This document shows positions 10,175-21,905 of a DNA stretch of 64,000 bases, in pieces. The position numbers and the translations under genes are program-made. The DNA comes from an uncultured Acidobacteriota bacterium (GTDB lineage Bacteria; Acidobacteriota; UBA6911). The notes under the pieces are model-generated. The model worked only from the letters and a program-made list of their open reading frames with translations, had not been told where the DNA came from and made no database searches. How positions within the stretch are numbered: position 1 is the stretch's first letter; each line of letters starts with the position of its first letter. The stretch spans positions 448,001 to 512,000 of the forward strand of contig CAWJKZ010000013.1 in NCBI GenBank assembly GCA_963843575.1. The letters run 5' to 3'.

Positions 10175-10660
10175 ATGGCGATTCGGAAATTGAAATCCTT
10201 CGAAGACATGCTGCGGATTCGGGCCGACATGCGGGGCCAGGGGAGAAAGTTCGTCTTCACCAACGGCTGCTTCGATATTCTGCACCTGGGCCACATCCGC
10301 TACCTGAACCTCGCCCGTGACCTCGGCGACTGTCTCGCCGTGGCGATCAACTCGGACAGGTCGGTACGGGAGATCAAGGGGGAGAACCGCCCCGTGATCC
10401 CGGAACTCGAGAGGGCGGAGCTGCTGGCCGCGCTGGCCTGCGTCGATTTCGTGCTGATTTTTGACGAGCCGACCCCCCAGTCCATGATCGACAGCCTCCT
10501 TCCGGACGTGCTGGTCAAGGGTGCGGATTGGGGCCCGAACGAAATAGTCGGCCGGGAGACGGTGGAGCGCGCTGGCGGCACGGTCCGCAGCATCCCGGTG
10601 GTCGAGGGGTGTTCGACGAGCGACATCATCCGTGCGGTGCTCGACCGTTTCTCCGGGTGA
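10175..10660 (+). CDS. rfaE2: D-glycero-beta-D-manno-heptose 1-phosphate adenylyltransferase (RfaE domain II)
   Basis: [28 protein letters not shown] and LVKGADW motifs. Confidence 0.92.
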   Translation: MAIRKLKSFEDMLRIRADMRGQGRKFVFTNGCFDILHLGHIRYLNLARDLGDCLAVAINSDRSVREIKGENRPVIPELERAELLAALACVDFVLIFDEPTPQSMIDSLLPDVLVKGADWGPNEIVGRETVERAGGTVRSIPVVEGCSTSDIIRAVLDRFSG

Positions 10661-10748
10661 CGCCAAGGCGCCGGCCGGCGCGCGGAGGCGGCATGTCCGG
10701 TGCCCGGGGCGTGCTAGAATGAGAGATTTGGCAAACCCCGGGTAGACT

Positions 10749-13700
10749 GTGATCCATCTCAAAAAGAGATTCGAGGCAGCGCTGGCGAGCGACGCGTTCC
10801 GGCAGATCGCGTCGCGGCTGGGGGAATCGTGCCGGGTTCTCACCGTGTCGGGCCCGACCGGGGGCGCCCGGGCGCTGGTGATTGCGCATGCCATCCTTAC
10901 GGAGAACCGCACGACCGCCGTTTTGGTCTCCAGCGGGCCGGACGCGCAGAATCTTGTCCAGGAGCTGAACTTTCTTCTCGAGCTCCTGAGTCCCGCCCCG
11001 CCGCGTGTCGTACACCTGCCGGGGCTCGAGGTCGACCCTTACCGCGGCCTCTCGCCGCACCCCGAAATCGCCGCGGCGCGGGCGCACGCGCTGTGGCAGG
11101 TACTGCAGGACGGACCGACCGTGGTGGTAGCATCCGTGCGCGCCGCGGCAGTCCGGATGCACAGCCCGCAGCGTTTCCTGGCCAACTGCCTCGAGCTGAA
11201 GACGGGGGACGACTACTCCCCCGAGCTCGCCCGCGAGTTCCTGCGCGAGGCCGGGTACGTGGAAGACGACCCTGTCACCGAGCCGGGCGAATTCTCCGTC
11301 CGCGGCGGCATCCTCGACGTCTTCACGCCGCACCTCGACAACCCGGTGCGGCTCGAGTTTTTCGGCGATCGGCTCGAATCGCTGCGGGCCTTCGACGTGG
11401 AGAGCCAGCGCTCGGTCGCCGCGGCCAACGCGATTCAGATCATCCCGATGCGCGAGCAGGCCGCCGGCCCCGGGATCCTGAAACGCTGGGCGGAGGCGGT
11501 TCCCGGGCAATGGGGCGAACCGTTCATGCCCCATTTGCGCGAAGAGCTGGCGCTGGCGCATCAGGGCGAGCCCTTCCCCGGGTTCGAGTTCCTGCTTCCC
11601 GCGGTCGACCCGCTGGACCACACGCTGTTCGACTATCTCAAGGGCTGTCGCGTGATCGTCTGCGACCTGGAGGTGCTGGATGCCGGACTGCGCAAACATC
11701 ACACGGAGCTGTACGAACGCTACGTCGACCGCATCGAGGCGCACAAGCCCGTGCTGGCCCCGGACCGCATCTACGTCGGCGCGGACGAATTCCAGGCGGA
11801 TCTGCAGCGCGCGCCGCGCCTCCACGTCGACGAGCTCAGCGTCGAACACGACGGCGAGAGGCCGATCTACGTGGCGTCGCAGACGACGCGGAAATACCAC
11901 GGCAACATCCGCGACCTGATCTCCGACCTGGCGAAGTTCCGCGACGCGGGCGAAGAGCTCGTCTTCCTGTTCTCGAATCTCGGGCGCGCGGAACGCGTCG
12001 GCGACATCCTGCGCGAATACGACATCCCGGCCCAGCTTGTCCGCGGCGACGAGCCGCCCACGGGCGTTCCGGACGGGCACGCGATCCTGCTCGGGGTCGG
12101 TTTCATGCACGCCGGCTTCCACCTGCCGGCGGCCAACCTGCGGGTCCTTTCGGGGCAGGAGGTCTTCGACGAAGCCGAGGCGGTCGGGACACGGCGTCAC
12201 AAGGCGGCGCAACGCAACGTGTTCCTCTCCGATTTCAGGGACCTGAAGCCGGGCGACTACGTCGTGCACATCGACCACGGCATCGGCCAATTCCACGGGC
12301 TGCGGAATATCGGCCTCCAGGATGGTTCCAAGGAGTTCGTGCTGCTGACCTATCAGGACGACGCCCGGCTGTACGTCCCGGTGGAGCGCCTCGACCTCAT
12401 CCAGAAGTACAGCAACATGGGCGGTTCGCGCCCGACGCTCGACCGGCTGGGCGGCACGAGCTGGGAAAGGACCAAGACGCGCATAAAGAAGTCGATGCGC
12501 GACATGGCGGGCGAGCTGCTCAAGCTCTACGCCCAGCGACAGTTGGTCCCCGGGTTCGGCTTTTCACCGGACAGCGCCTGGCAGCAGGAGTTCGAGGACG
12601 CGTTCGAGTTCGACCTCACGACGGACCAGGTCGACGCGGTTTCGCGCCGTCAAGCTCGACATGGAGGCGCCGCGCCCGATGGACCGGCTGCTGTGCGGGG
12701 ACGTCGGGTACGGCAAGACGGAGGTGGCGATGCGGGCCGCTTTCAAGGCCGTGATCGACGGCAAGCAGGTGGCGGTCCTGGCCCCGACAACCGTGCTGGC
12801 CTTCCAGCACTGCAACACCTTCCGGCAGCGTTTTACGGCCTTCCCGGTGCGCATCCAGCTGCTTTCGCGCTTCCGCAACCCCAGGGAACAAAAACAGGTC
12901 ATCGGCGAACTCGAGGCCGGCCAGCTCGACATCGTCATCGGCACCCACAGGCTCCTTTCGAAGGACGTCCAGTTCAAGGACCTCGGGCTGGTGATCGTGG
13001 ACGAAGAGCAGCGCTTCGGCGTCACGCACAAGGAGCGGCTCAAGGCCCTGAAGACGCGCGTGGACGTCCTGACCCTGACCGCCACCCCGATCCCGCGCAC
13101 GTTGAATATGGCGCTCCTTGGCTTGCGGGACATGTCCACGATCGAGACTCCCCCGAAGAACCGTCTCGCCATCCAGACCTCGGTGGTCAAATACAGCGGC
13201 GATGTCATCCGCTCGGCCATCGAGCTCGAGCTGGCCCGCAACGGCCAGGTCTATTTCGTGCACAACCGCGTGGAGACGATCCACTCGGTCGCCGCCATGG
13301 TGCAGCAGCTCGTGCCGCGGGCGCGCATCGGGGTGGCCCACGGCCAGATGTCCGAACGGGACCTCGAACAGGTCATGCTCCGGTTCGTCCAGGACGAGCT
13401 CGACGTGCTCGTCGCGACCACCATCATCGAAAACGGCCTCGATATCCCGCGGGTGAACACGATCGTGATTAATCGCGCCGACCTGTACGGGCTGTCCCAG
13501 CTCTACCAGCTCCGGGGACGTGTCGGCCGCAGTGACCGGCGGGCATACGCCTACCTCCTGGTACCCTCCGACGAAGTCCTGTCGGAGGTGGCGCGCAAAC
13601 GTCTTGCGGCGATACGGGAATTCAGCGATCTCGGGACGGGATTCCGGGTGGCCGCGCTCGACCTCGAAATCCGCGGCGCGGGGAACCTGCTGGGCGGCGA

Positions 13701-14232
13701 GCAGCACGGCCACGTGGACGCGGTCGGGTTCGACCTCTACTGCCAGCTGCTCGAACACACCGTCGAAGAGCTGCGGGGCGAGAAGCCCGAGGAGGAGATC
13801 TCGACCAGCATCAACCTCAACCTCGACATCCGGATCCCGGAAGGATACGTCCCCGATTCGGGCCAGCGCCTGCGGATGTACAAACGGATTTCGTCGGCCG
13901 CGGATCCCTCCGAGCTCGATGCGCTCCGCCAGGAGATGGTCGACCGCTTCGGCCAGTACCCGGAGCCCGTCGAGAACCTGTTCCGATACGCCCGTCTCCG
14001 GCTGGAGAGCCGCGCGCTGCAGATCCAGGGCATCGAGCGGAACCGCAACCAAGTCCATTTCCGCTTCGCCGACCAGTCCCGGGTCAGTGCCCAGAAGCTC
14101 CTGAACCTCATCTCGCGCAATAAAGGAGCGACGTTTTCGCCCCAGGGGCTCCTCACCCTGGAGGTGGCGGACCCCACCCCCGCCCCCCTCTTCGAATCCA
14201 TTCACCGGGTCCTCAGCCAGATCCGCGCTTGA
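10749..14232 (+). CDS. mfd: Transcription-repair coupling factor Mfd, +1 frameshift at TTT 12640-12642
   Basis: [57 protein letters not shown] and the TRCF C-terminus; removing one T restores the frame (AVRAVKLDM). Confidence 0.95.
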
Positions 14233-14287
14233 TCGAACGAGAGCGCGGGATCGCCCCCACCCCACGGACCCGCCGCGGGTCAGCAAG

Positions 14288-14643
14288 GGCCACCGATTGG
14301 GGCAAACCCCTGGCCGCTGCGATTCAGACAGTGCGCAGGCGACTCAAAGACGCACATCGCTGCGGACGCGGACGCAACGGCTGGCAAAGCTCCGGAGCAG
14401 GCGCCGGGTCGGCGGACACGGCGCGCACCGGAGCAAAGCGCGGTAGTCCGGCCTGGCACGAGACGTTTGCCGCCAGCCCACCCCAGGAGAACCAAGTCCA
14501 GAGCGCCCCGTCGAGCTTTGCACACGGCGTCAACGGATCATAGAGGATCTGCGCGGGCTTTCTGCAAGAACTTGCAGGAAGGCTACAACGAGAATCCGCG
14601 TAGGAAGTTTGCAGGATCCGGTCGCTGAATCGCAGCCGTGGCC
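14288..14643. other. Long structured intergenic element (candidate ncRNA or MITE)
   Basis: 12-bp perfect inverted repeat 14316-14327/14625-14636 enclosing further stems (14384-14392/14513-14521 and 14562-14577). Confidence 0.4.
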
Positions 14644-14724
14644 TGAGCACGCGGAGTGATCGACAAGACTGTTGTGTTATTATAATGATTGGCGATTTTC
14701 AAGTCGGCACCAGGGGAGGCCGAT

Positions 14725-15710
14725 ATCCGTTTAACCAGAGGCTGGGCAGCAACAACCTGCACTCGCGTTCCTGGTGTACGCAGGCACGGGGTGTGGTACG
14801 GGCGAGAGACTGCTCAGCCTGCTGCGCGGCGATAAGCCCCGCACCATAGCGGTCCGGGTGGGAGGCAGCGTCTACAGCAGCGCGGAGCTCGACCGCTTCT
14901 TCGATAACCGGCTCAGCGAGTTCCGCGATCCCGCCGAGGCCGACAAGGTCAAGTCGAATCTCCTCGAGACTTTTATCGAGGAAAGACTCCTGCTGGAGAG
15001 GGCGCGGCAGCTGAAGATCGAGCCCAATCAGGCGGCGGTCAGGGAAATGCTGGAAAAAATCGCCGAGTCCTCCCGACGAGCGCGCAGCCTCGCAGACCGA
15101 ACCCGGACGCGACGCCGAACTCGAGCGGAGCGTCTCGGAGAATCTCAGGATCCAGCTGTATCTGCACGACCACCTGCTCAGGGACGTGGCGGTTACCGAA
15201 CCGGAGGGCGAGGCCTACTACAAGGAGCATCTCGCCGACTACGTGCGCAACGACATCGTGCGGCTCCGGGAGATCCTGGTGGACGACCCGGCGCAGGCCC
15301 AGAAAATCCAGACGCTGCTCGCGGCCAAGCGCTACAAGAACTTCGGCGAGTTGGCGCGCATCTACTCGAAGGCGAATAGCGCCGCCGAAGGAGGCGACCT
15401 CGGGACGTTCCAGCGGGGCGACCTGCCCGAGGAGTTCGAGAAAGTCGTCTTTTCTCTTCCTCCGGGAACCGCAAGCAAGATCGTCCGTACCAAGTACGGC
15501 TATCATCTGTTCCTGGTGGATGAGAAGATCCTGGCCCACCAGTTGAAGTTCTGGGAAGTCCGGGACGAGATCAACGAGAGGTTGCTCGGCGAACGTGAAC
15601 GCGAGATCATTAGGAAAGAGCTCGATTCGCTGGCGAAGCAGTTCACCATCGAGATTCACCGGGATCAACTTGGCTTTAAATACATCGGAGCCCGATTCTC
15701 TTCCCGATAG
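14725..15710 (+). CDS. SurA-N/PpiC parvulin-type peptidyl-prolyl isomerase, probable lipoprotein; frameshifts near 14757 and 15073, start uncertain
   Basis: LLETFIEERLLLERARQL (SurA-N) in ORF 14774; EILV, FGELARIYS, GGDLG and VRTKYGYHLF (rotamase) in ORF 15186; AFLVYAGTGC lipobox-like segment. Confidence 0.8.
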
Positions 15711-15722
15711 GAACCGACATCG

Positions 15723-16679
15723 ATGAACAATGTGCTTTCTACCATCCCCCTTCTCCTGCTCTTGAGCGGAGATGCCGCGGCGAAGATCGTCGACCGCATC
15801 GTCGCCCAGGTCAACGACGACATCATCACGCTTTCCGATATGAACCGGGAGATGGCGGACATCCGCCAGGACTTGGCCACCAAGTTCACCGGCACCCAGC
15901 TGGAAGACGAAACCAAGAAGGCCGAAAAGGAAGTCCTGGACCAGCTGATCCGCCAGAAGCTGCTGCTGCAGAAGGCAAACGAGCTCGGTTTCGGCTCCAA
16001 CATCGACGTTCAGGTGTCCGCCACCATCGAGCGGATACGCAAAGAGAACAACATCAAGGACATGACGGATTTTGAGCGCGCCCTCGCCCAGCAGGGGATG
16101 ACCCTGCCCCTGTTCCGCGACAAGATCAAGAAGCAGATCATCACCAACAGTCTCATCAGCGAATTCGTGGGGTCGAGGATCACCCTGCTCAGCCAGGAAC
16201 TCGAGAAATACTACCAGGAGCACATCAAGGAGTTCTCGAGCGCCGAAGAGGTGACGCTGAGCGAAATACTGATCCCGACTGCCGGGGACCCGGCCGAGGC
16301 GGCAGCCAAAGCCGACGAGATCGTCAAGAGGCTGGGCCAGGGAGAAGCTTTCGCCACCCTGGCAAACCAGTACTCCAAGGGCCCGACCGCCGGCAAAGGC
16401 GGCAGCATCGGAACCTATCTCACGGCGAAACTGAACCCGGAGATCGCCGCGGCCATCGCCCCCGTCAAAGAAGGCGACATCACCCCCGTCATCAAGGGAG
16501 CCGACACACTCGCGATCTACCGGGTCGACAGCCGCAAACCCACCCGGGCCCGGCCACTGGACGAGGTGCGCGACGAAATCCGCTCCCGCATTTACGAGAA
16601 GAAGTTCAATCCCGAGTTCGAGCGGTTCATCTCCCAGCTGAAAGAAGACGCCTACATTCAGATTTTTGCCGATAAGTAG
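15723..16679 (+). CDS. SurA-like periplasmic chaperone/peptidyl-prolyl isomerase
   Basis: Signal peptide; IVDRIVAQVNDDIITLSD; LDQLIRQKLLLQKA; FATLANQYS..TAGKGGSIG. Confidence 0.88.
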   Translation: MNNVLSTIPLLLLLSGDAAAKIVDRIVAQVNDDIITLSDMNREMADIRQDLATKFTGTQLEDETKKAEKEVLDQLIRQKLLLQKANELGFGSNIDVQVSATIERIRKENNIKDMTDFERALAQQGMTLPLFRDKIKKQIITNSLISEFVGSRITLLSQELEKYYQEHIKEFSSAEEVTLSEILIPTAGDPAEAAAKADEIVKRLGQGEAFATLANQYSKGPTAGKGGSIGTYLTAKLNPEIAAAIAPVKEGDITPVIKGADTLAIYRVDSRKPTRARPLDEVRDEIRSRIYEKKFNPEFERFISQLKEDAYIQIFADK

Positions 16680-16699
16680 GGCTAGGAAGAGCGAGACCC

Positions 16700-16728
16700 T
16701 TGAGTCTTGCTGTCGCGGGGTTTAAAAT
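16700..16728 (+). promoter_or_regulatory. sigma70-like promoter with no downstream same-strand protein gene
   Basis: TTGAGT (16700-16705), 17 nt, TAAAAT (16723-16728). Confidence 0.55.
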
Positions 16729-16734
16729 GGGAGG

Positions 16735-16892
16735 GTGTTTGCCAAGCTCGGTCTCGGATTGGTATCACATCACTCCAGAGATCCCTGGCATCGCGGGAAG
16801 GGACCGCGAATAACTCTTTTGCGATGTAACCCCAACTCGAGACCCGAGCTTGGATCACGGGAAATTACGCTTTGTATTAATGCACTTCCCAT
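16735..16892 (+). ncRNA. Candidate structured small RNA of unknown family
   Basis: About 20-bp stem 16742-16762/16832-16853; inner hairpin 16791-16809 with possible loop pairing to 16782-16786; directly downstream of the promoter. Confidence 0.45.
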
Positions 16893-17104
16893 GCCACTGG
16901 GCCCACACACACGCCTCTATTGACTAAACGCTGATTTAAAACAGCTTACCCATACACTGCCGGGCTTGCCGCCAAGAACGCGAGTCCAAAACGAACAATT
17001 TTTTGGATCTTCCTCATGGGATTTTTTGGAGTTCGGTCCCTTGGTTGGCCGTTTTTAAACCCGACCGCGTACTCCAATCCGGAAACCGGCCTGTAGGAGC
17101 GTGC

Positions 17105-17860
17105 TCAGAGTATCTCGTCCAGGTGGGTGGTCAGGAGGTGGGCGAGCTCAAACAGGCGACAGAACCCGTTCCGCACTTTCAGCATAGGATCCGCGGCGTG
17201 GTCTTCTTCTTCGAAGCGGGCGGCGATCTGGTCCACTTGGCCGCGGAGGTCGGGATCCGACAGGACGGCGAGGAGCTGGGCCATTTCGACGGTGCGGTAA
17301 AGGGCATTGACCAGTTGCGGCCACGGGGCTGCCGATGCGCCGGCGCCCGCGGCGAAGCGCTGATCGATGTGGCGAATCGCCGCGGCGAGCGAGCCGTCCT
17401 GGTCGAGTGCCATGGTCGTCAGACTGAGCAGGGGGAAGGTGGCGCGCATGGCCGACGCGGAGCGGGTGACCTGATCCGGGCCTTGCGTTGCGGTACGGAC
17501 CCGGTCGTCGATTCCCCGGATAAGAGCCTCCGCATCCATATTCCCGACCGTGAACTGGTGGGCGAGGGTGTTAGCGTGGTTGTAGAGGGTGAACGTGGCG
17601 TTAACCAGCCGGTCGTCGAAGGACTGCGCCCGCTCGCTCGCCTCGACGAAGTACCCGATGCGCTGCTCGATGAGGACCCGGTACTTGCGTTCGTGGTCCA
17701 GTATCAGGGTGAGCGCGCCGATCACCTCCGCGGCATGATAGGCGCCGACGACGATCTGTTCCTCGACGCTCCCCTCGTGCTCCGCGTATTGTTCGAGGTA
17801 CTGGCGCCAGAGGTGCATCAGGTGCGCGCCCGATTTTCCCTGCCCCGGCGGAAAGACCAT
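17105..17860 (-). CDS. Hypothetical all-helical protein with ~49-aa tandem repeats
   Basis: Genome-like codon usage, fills the gap divergent from dusB; five repeats, most ending in L..L....D. Confidence 0.75.
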   Translation of the reverse strand: MVFPPGQGKSGAHLMHLWRQYLEQYAEHEGSVEEQIVVGAYHAAEVIGALTLILDHERKYRVLIEQRIGYFVEASERAQSFDDRLVNATFTLYNHANTLAHQFTVGNMDAEALIRGIDDRVRTATQGPDQVTRSASAMRATFPLLSLTTMALDQDGSLAAAIRHIDQRFAAGAGASAAPWPQLVNALYRTVEMAQLLAVLSDPDLRGQVDQIAARFEEEDHAADPMLKVRNGFCRLFELAHLLTTHLDEIL

Positions 17861-17913
17861 GGGTGGATTATCCCTGCAAGACGCCCCTGTCTCAACTGCT
17901 ATAATCTATCCCA

Positions 17914-18927
17914 ATGTTCAGGATTCGCACCGTCGAGATCCACCCCCCGCTGATCCTCGCGCCGGTAGCCGGCCACACGGATACGCTCTTCCGCCAGGCC
18001 GTCAAGGGGCTTGGCGGGTGCGGGCTGGTGGTGTCGGAGCTCGTCAGTACGGAAGGGATGACCCGCAACCATGAGCACACCCGACACCTGACCCGCTTCG
18101 AGGAGTCCGAACATCCCGTGTCCATCCAGATCTTCGGCTCCGATCCCGCCCGGATGGCGGAATCGGCGCGAATGGTCGAGGGTATGGGGGCGGACATCGT
18201 GGACATCAATCTCGGGTGCCCGGTCAAGAAAGTGGTCAAGCAGGGAGGAGGGAGCAATCTGCTCCGGGACCTTCCGCTGCTGGAGTCGATCTTCAAGGCC
18301 GTGCGCGCGGCGGCGACGATCCCGCTGACGGTCAAGATCCGGATCGGCTGGGATCGGACCAGCATCAACGCGGTGGAGGTCCTGAAGGTGGCCGAGGCGT
18401 GCGGCGTGGAGGCCATTGCTGTTCACGGGCGCGCGCGGTGCGACCTGTTCTCGGGACAGGCCGACTGGTCGGTGATCGCGCGGGTCAAGGAACAGGCGAA
18501 GATACCGGTCATGGGCAATGGCGACGTCTTTTCGCCGGCCGACGCGGAGCGGATGTTCCGCCAGACCGGTGTCGATGGGGTGATGATGGGGCGCGGCGTC
18601 CTGGCGAATCCCTGGCTGATCCGCCAGTGCCACGACCATCTCGCAGGGAACACGGTCACCGCGGTGACGCAGGCTGAGAAGGGACGCTTCATACTGGACT
18701 TCCTGCGCCGGGTCGAGCGCGAGTTGCCGCAACCGGTTGCGCTCGGCAAGATGAAGAAGATGGGGGGATACCTTACCAAGGGCATCGCCGGAGGCGCGCA
18801 GCTGCGCGACCGGATCCACACCGCCCGCAGCGCCGGCGAACTTCTTGCCGCGCTCGAACAGCACTTCGCCATGGATTCAGAAGCGGAACTCACCCCGACC
18901 CGGCAGGCAGGGTCGACAGGCTTCTGA
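17914..18927 (+). CDS. dusB: tRNA-dihydrouridine synthase B
   Basis: LAPVAGHTD, QIFGSDP, DINLGCP, VKIRIGWD, HGR, GNGDV and MMGRG. Confidence 0.92.
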   Translation: MFRIRTVEIHPPLILAPVAGHTDTLFRQAVKGLGGCGLVVSELVSTEGMTRNHEHTRHLTRFEESEHPVSIQIFGSDPARMAESARMVEGMGADIVDINLGCPVKKVVKQGGGSNLLRDLPLLESIFKAVRAAATIPLTVKIRIGWDRTSINAVEVLKVAEACGVEAIAVHGRARCDLFSGQADWSVIARVKEQAKIPVMGNGDVFSPADAERMFRQTGVDGVMMGRGVLANPWLIRQCHDHLAGNTVTAVTQAEKGRFILDFLRRVERELPQPVALGKMKKMGGYLTKGIAGGAQLRDRIHTARSAGELLAALEQHFAMDSEAELTPTRQAGSTGF

Positions 18928-18953
18928 TCCGCGTCCAAAAAAACGTCAGGTGT

Positions 18954-19745
18954 TTAGTCGAGGCCGGTGGCGCGGCGGCGCCAGCCGAAGATCGCGGCGA
19001 TGCCGATGCTGACGAGGTAGAGGACGACCATGGGGGCCGCCCAGATCACGAGGTTGAAGGCGTCGCCCGTGGGAGAGAGCATCGCGGCGGCGGCGACGAT
19101 GATTACGATGGCGTAAGGGAACTTCGTCCAGAGGAACTTCGCGGAAACCAACCCGAACAGGGAAAGAAACGCCACGACCACAGGCATCTCGAAGACGAGC
19201 CCGAACCCGAGGATCATCGTGTTGGTAAGGTCGAGATATTCGTCGATCTTGATCACGGGCATGAAGTCTTCGCCTATCTTCAGGAGGAAACCGTAGGCCT
19301 GCGGCAGGACGATGTAGTAGCAGAAGGCTCCACCCCCGACAAACAGCAGGACCGATGAGACCAGGAACGGGACGATGTACCGCTTCTCCTTCCTGTAGAG
19401 GCCCGGGGCGATGAATTTCCAGACCTCATAGAGGGTAAACGGGATCGTCAGAAAGATTCCCGCGAGGAACGCGACCTTGATGTAGAGCGTGAACGGGTCG
19501 GTGGGGTTTGTGTAGGCGAGCTTGGTCCCGGCGGGAAGGGCCGTGGCCATCGGCGCCGCAAGAAACCGGTAGATTTCCTTGCAGAAATAAAACGAAGCGA
19601 CGAATCCAAGCCCGATATAGGAGGCAATCCGGACGAGGCGTTTGCGCAGCTCGTCCAGGTGCTCTAGGAAGGACATCTTGCCGGATTCTTCTTCCGGCTC
19701 AGGCGATCCGGCCACCTCCTCCAGCTCTGTGGTCGTACTGGTCAT
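18954..19745 (-). CDS. tatC: Twin-arginine translocase TatC
   Basis: MSFLEHLDELRKRL, WKFIAPGLYRKEK and FGLVFEMP; six TM segments. Confidence 0.96.
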   Translation of the reverse strand: MTSTTTELEEVAGSPEPEEESGKMSFLEHLDELRKRLVRIASYIGLGFVASFYFCKEIYRFLAAPMATALPAGTKLAYTNPTDPFTLYIKVAFLAGIFLTIPFTLYEVWKFIAPGLYRKEKRYIVPFLVSSVLLFVGGGAFCYYIVLPQAYGFLLKIGEDFMPVIKIDEYLDLTNTMILGFGLVFEMPVVVAFLSLFGLVSAKFLWTKFPYAIVIIVAAAAMLSPTGDAFNLVIWAAPMVVLYLVSIGIAAIFGWRRRATGLD

Positions 19746-20011
19746 TGAATCTCGTGAGTGCCAACGGAGGCATCCTTGAGAGTATCCGAAAGAGTATCCG
19801 AGGTATCCTTAAGGACTTCGGACATGGCCTCTTTTTCCTTCTCCAGGCGCACTTCTTCTTCCCAGGTTTGTTTCAGTTCGTTGGACGCCTTTTTGAATTC
19901 GGCGAGGCCCTTTCCCAGCGATTTTCCCAGTTCGGGGAGCTTGCGCGGACCGAACACTATAAGAGCGAGCACAAAAATGACTATGATTTCCTGCATTCCC
20001 AAGGAGCCCAT
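19742..20011 (-). CDS. tatA: TatA/B family translocase subunit
   Basis: MGSLGMQEIIVIFVLALIVFGPRKLPELGKSLGKGLAEFKK; overlaps the tatC start. Confidence 0.92.
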   Translation of the reverse strand: MGSLGMQEIIVIFVLALIVFGPRKLPELGKSLGKGLAEFKKASNELKQTWEEEVRLEKEKEAMSEVLKDTSDTLSDTLKDASVGTHEIQ

Positions 20012-20063
20012 ACGCCCTACCTCTTCCTGGCTGATCCCCTGCAAACCAAAGCGAATATATCAA

Positions 20064-20092
20064 AGTCTAAATTAGGGTGTATGGGAAGTCAA
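20064..20092 (-). promoter_or_regulatory. sigma70 promoter of tatAC
   Basis: TTGACT, 17 nt, TAGACT on the minus strand. Confidence 0.6.
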
Positions 20093-20147
20093 GCAAGGCT
20101 GCCTTGGAACCCGGTCGCGGGATTCGCTTGGCCGCCGCTGCCGCCGC

Positions 20148-20176
20148 TTGTGTGCTGATTTGCCGCATGTTATACT
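20148..20176 (+). promoter_or_regulatory. sigma70 promoter of the ctpA-mltD unit
   Basis: TTGTGT, 17 nt, TATACT with an extended TG. Confidence 0.55.
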
Positions 20177-20216
20177 CCCATAGCTTTAATGAAATCTCGG
20201 ATGGAGCCAACTCCTT

Positions 20217-21887
<1,671 letters not shown>

Positions 21888-21905
21888 CTTAATCGTACTG
21901 CAGAT

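Noticed and set aside
10749-14232. mfd, and likewise sufB, gatZ and pfkB, as pseudogenes or programmed frameshifts
   Set aside because: Single indels in otherwise intact genes, no slippery heptamers, and the same error pattern across the window
14454-14470. sigma54-like TGGCACG...TTGC
   Set aside because: GG-to-GC spacing is two bases too long for a -24/-12 promoter
16735-16923. 62-aa ORF in the surA intergenic region
   Set aside because: GGGAGG abuts the GTG with no spacing, codon usage is atypical, and the region is better explained as structured RNA
18954-20011. tatA-tatC without tatB as a minimal Tat system
   Set aside because: A further tatA/tatB copy may lie outside the window, and two-gene tat loci are common
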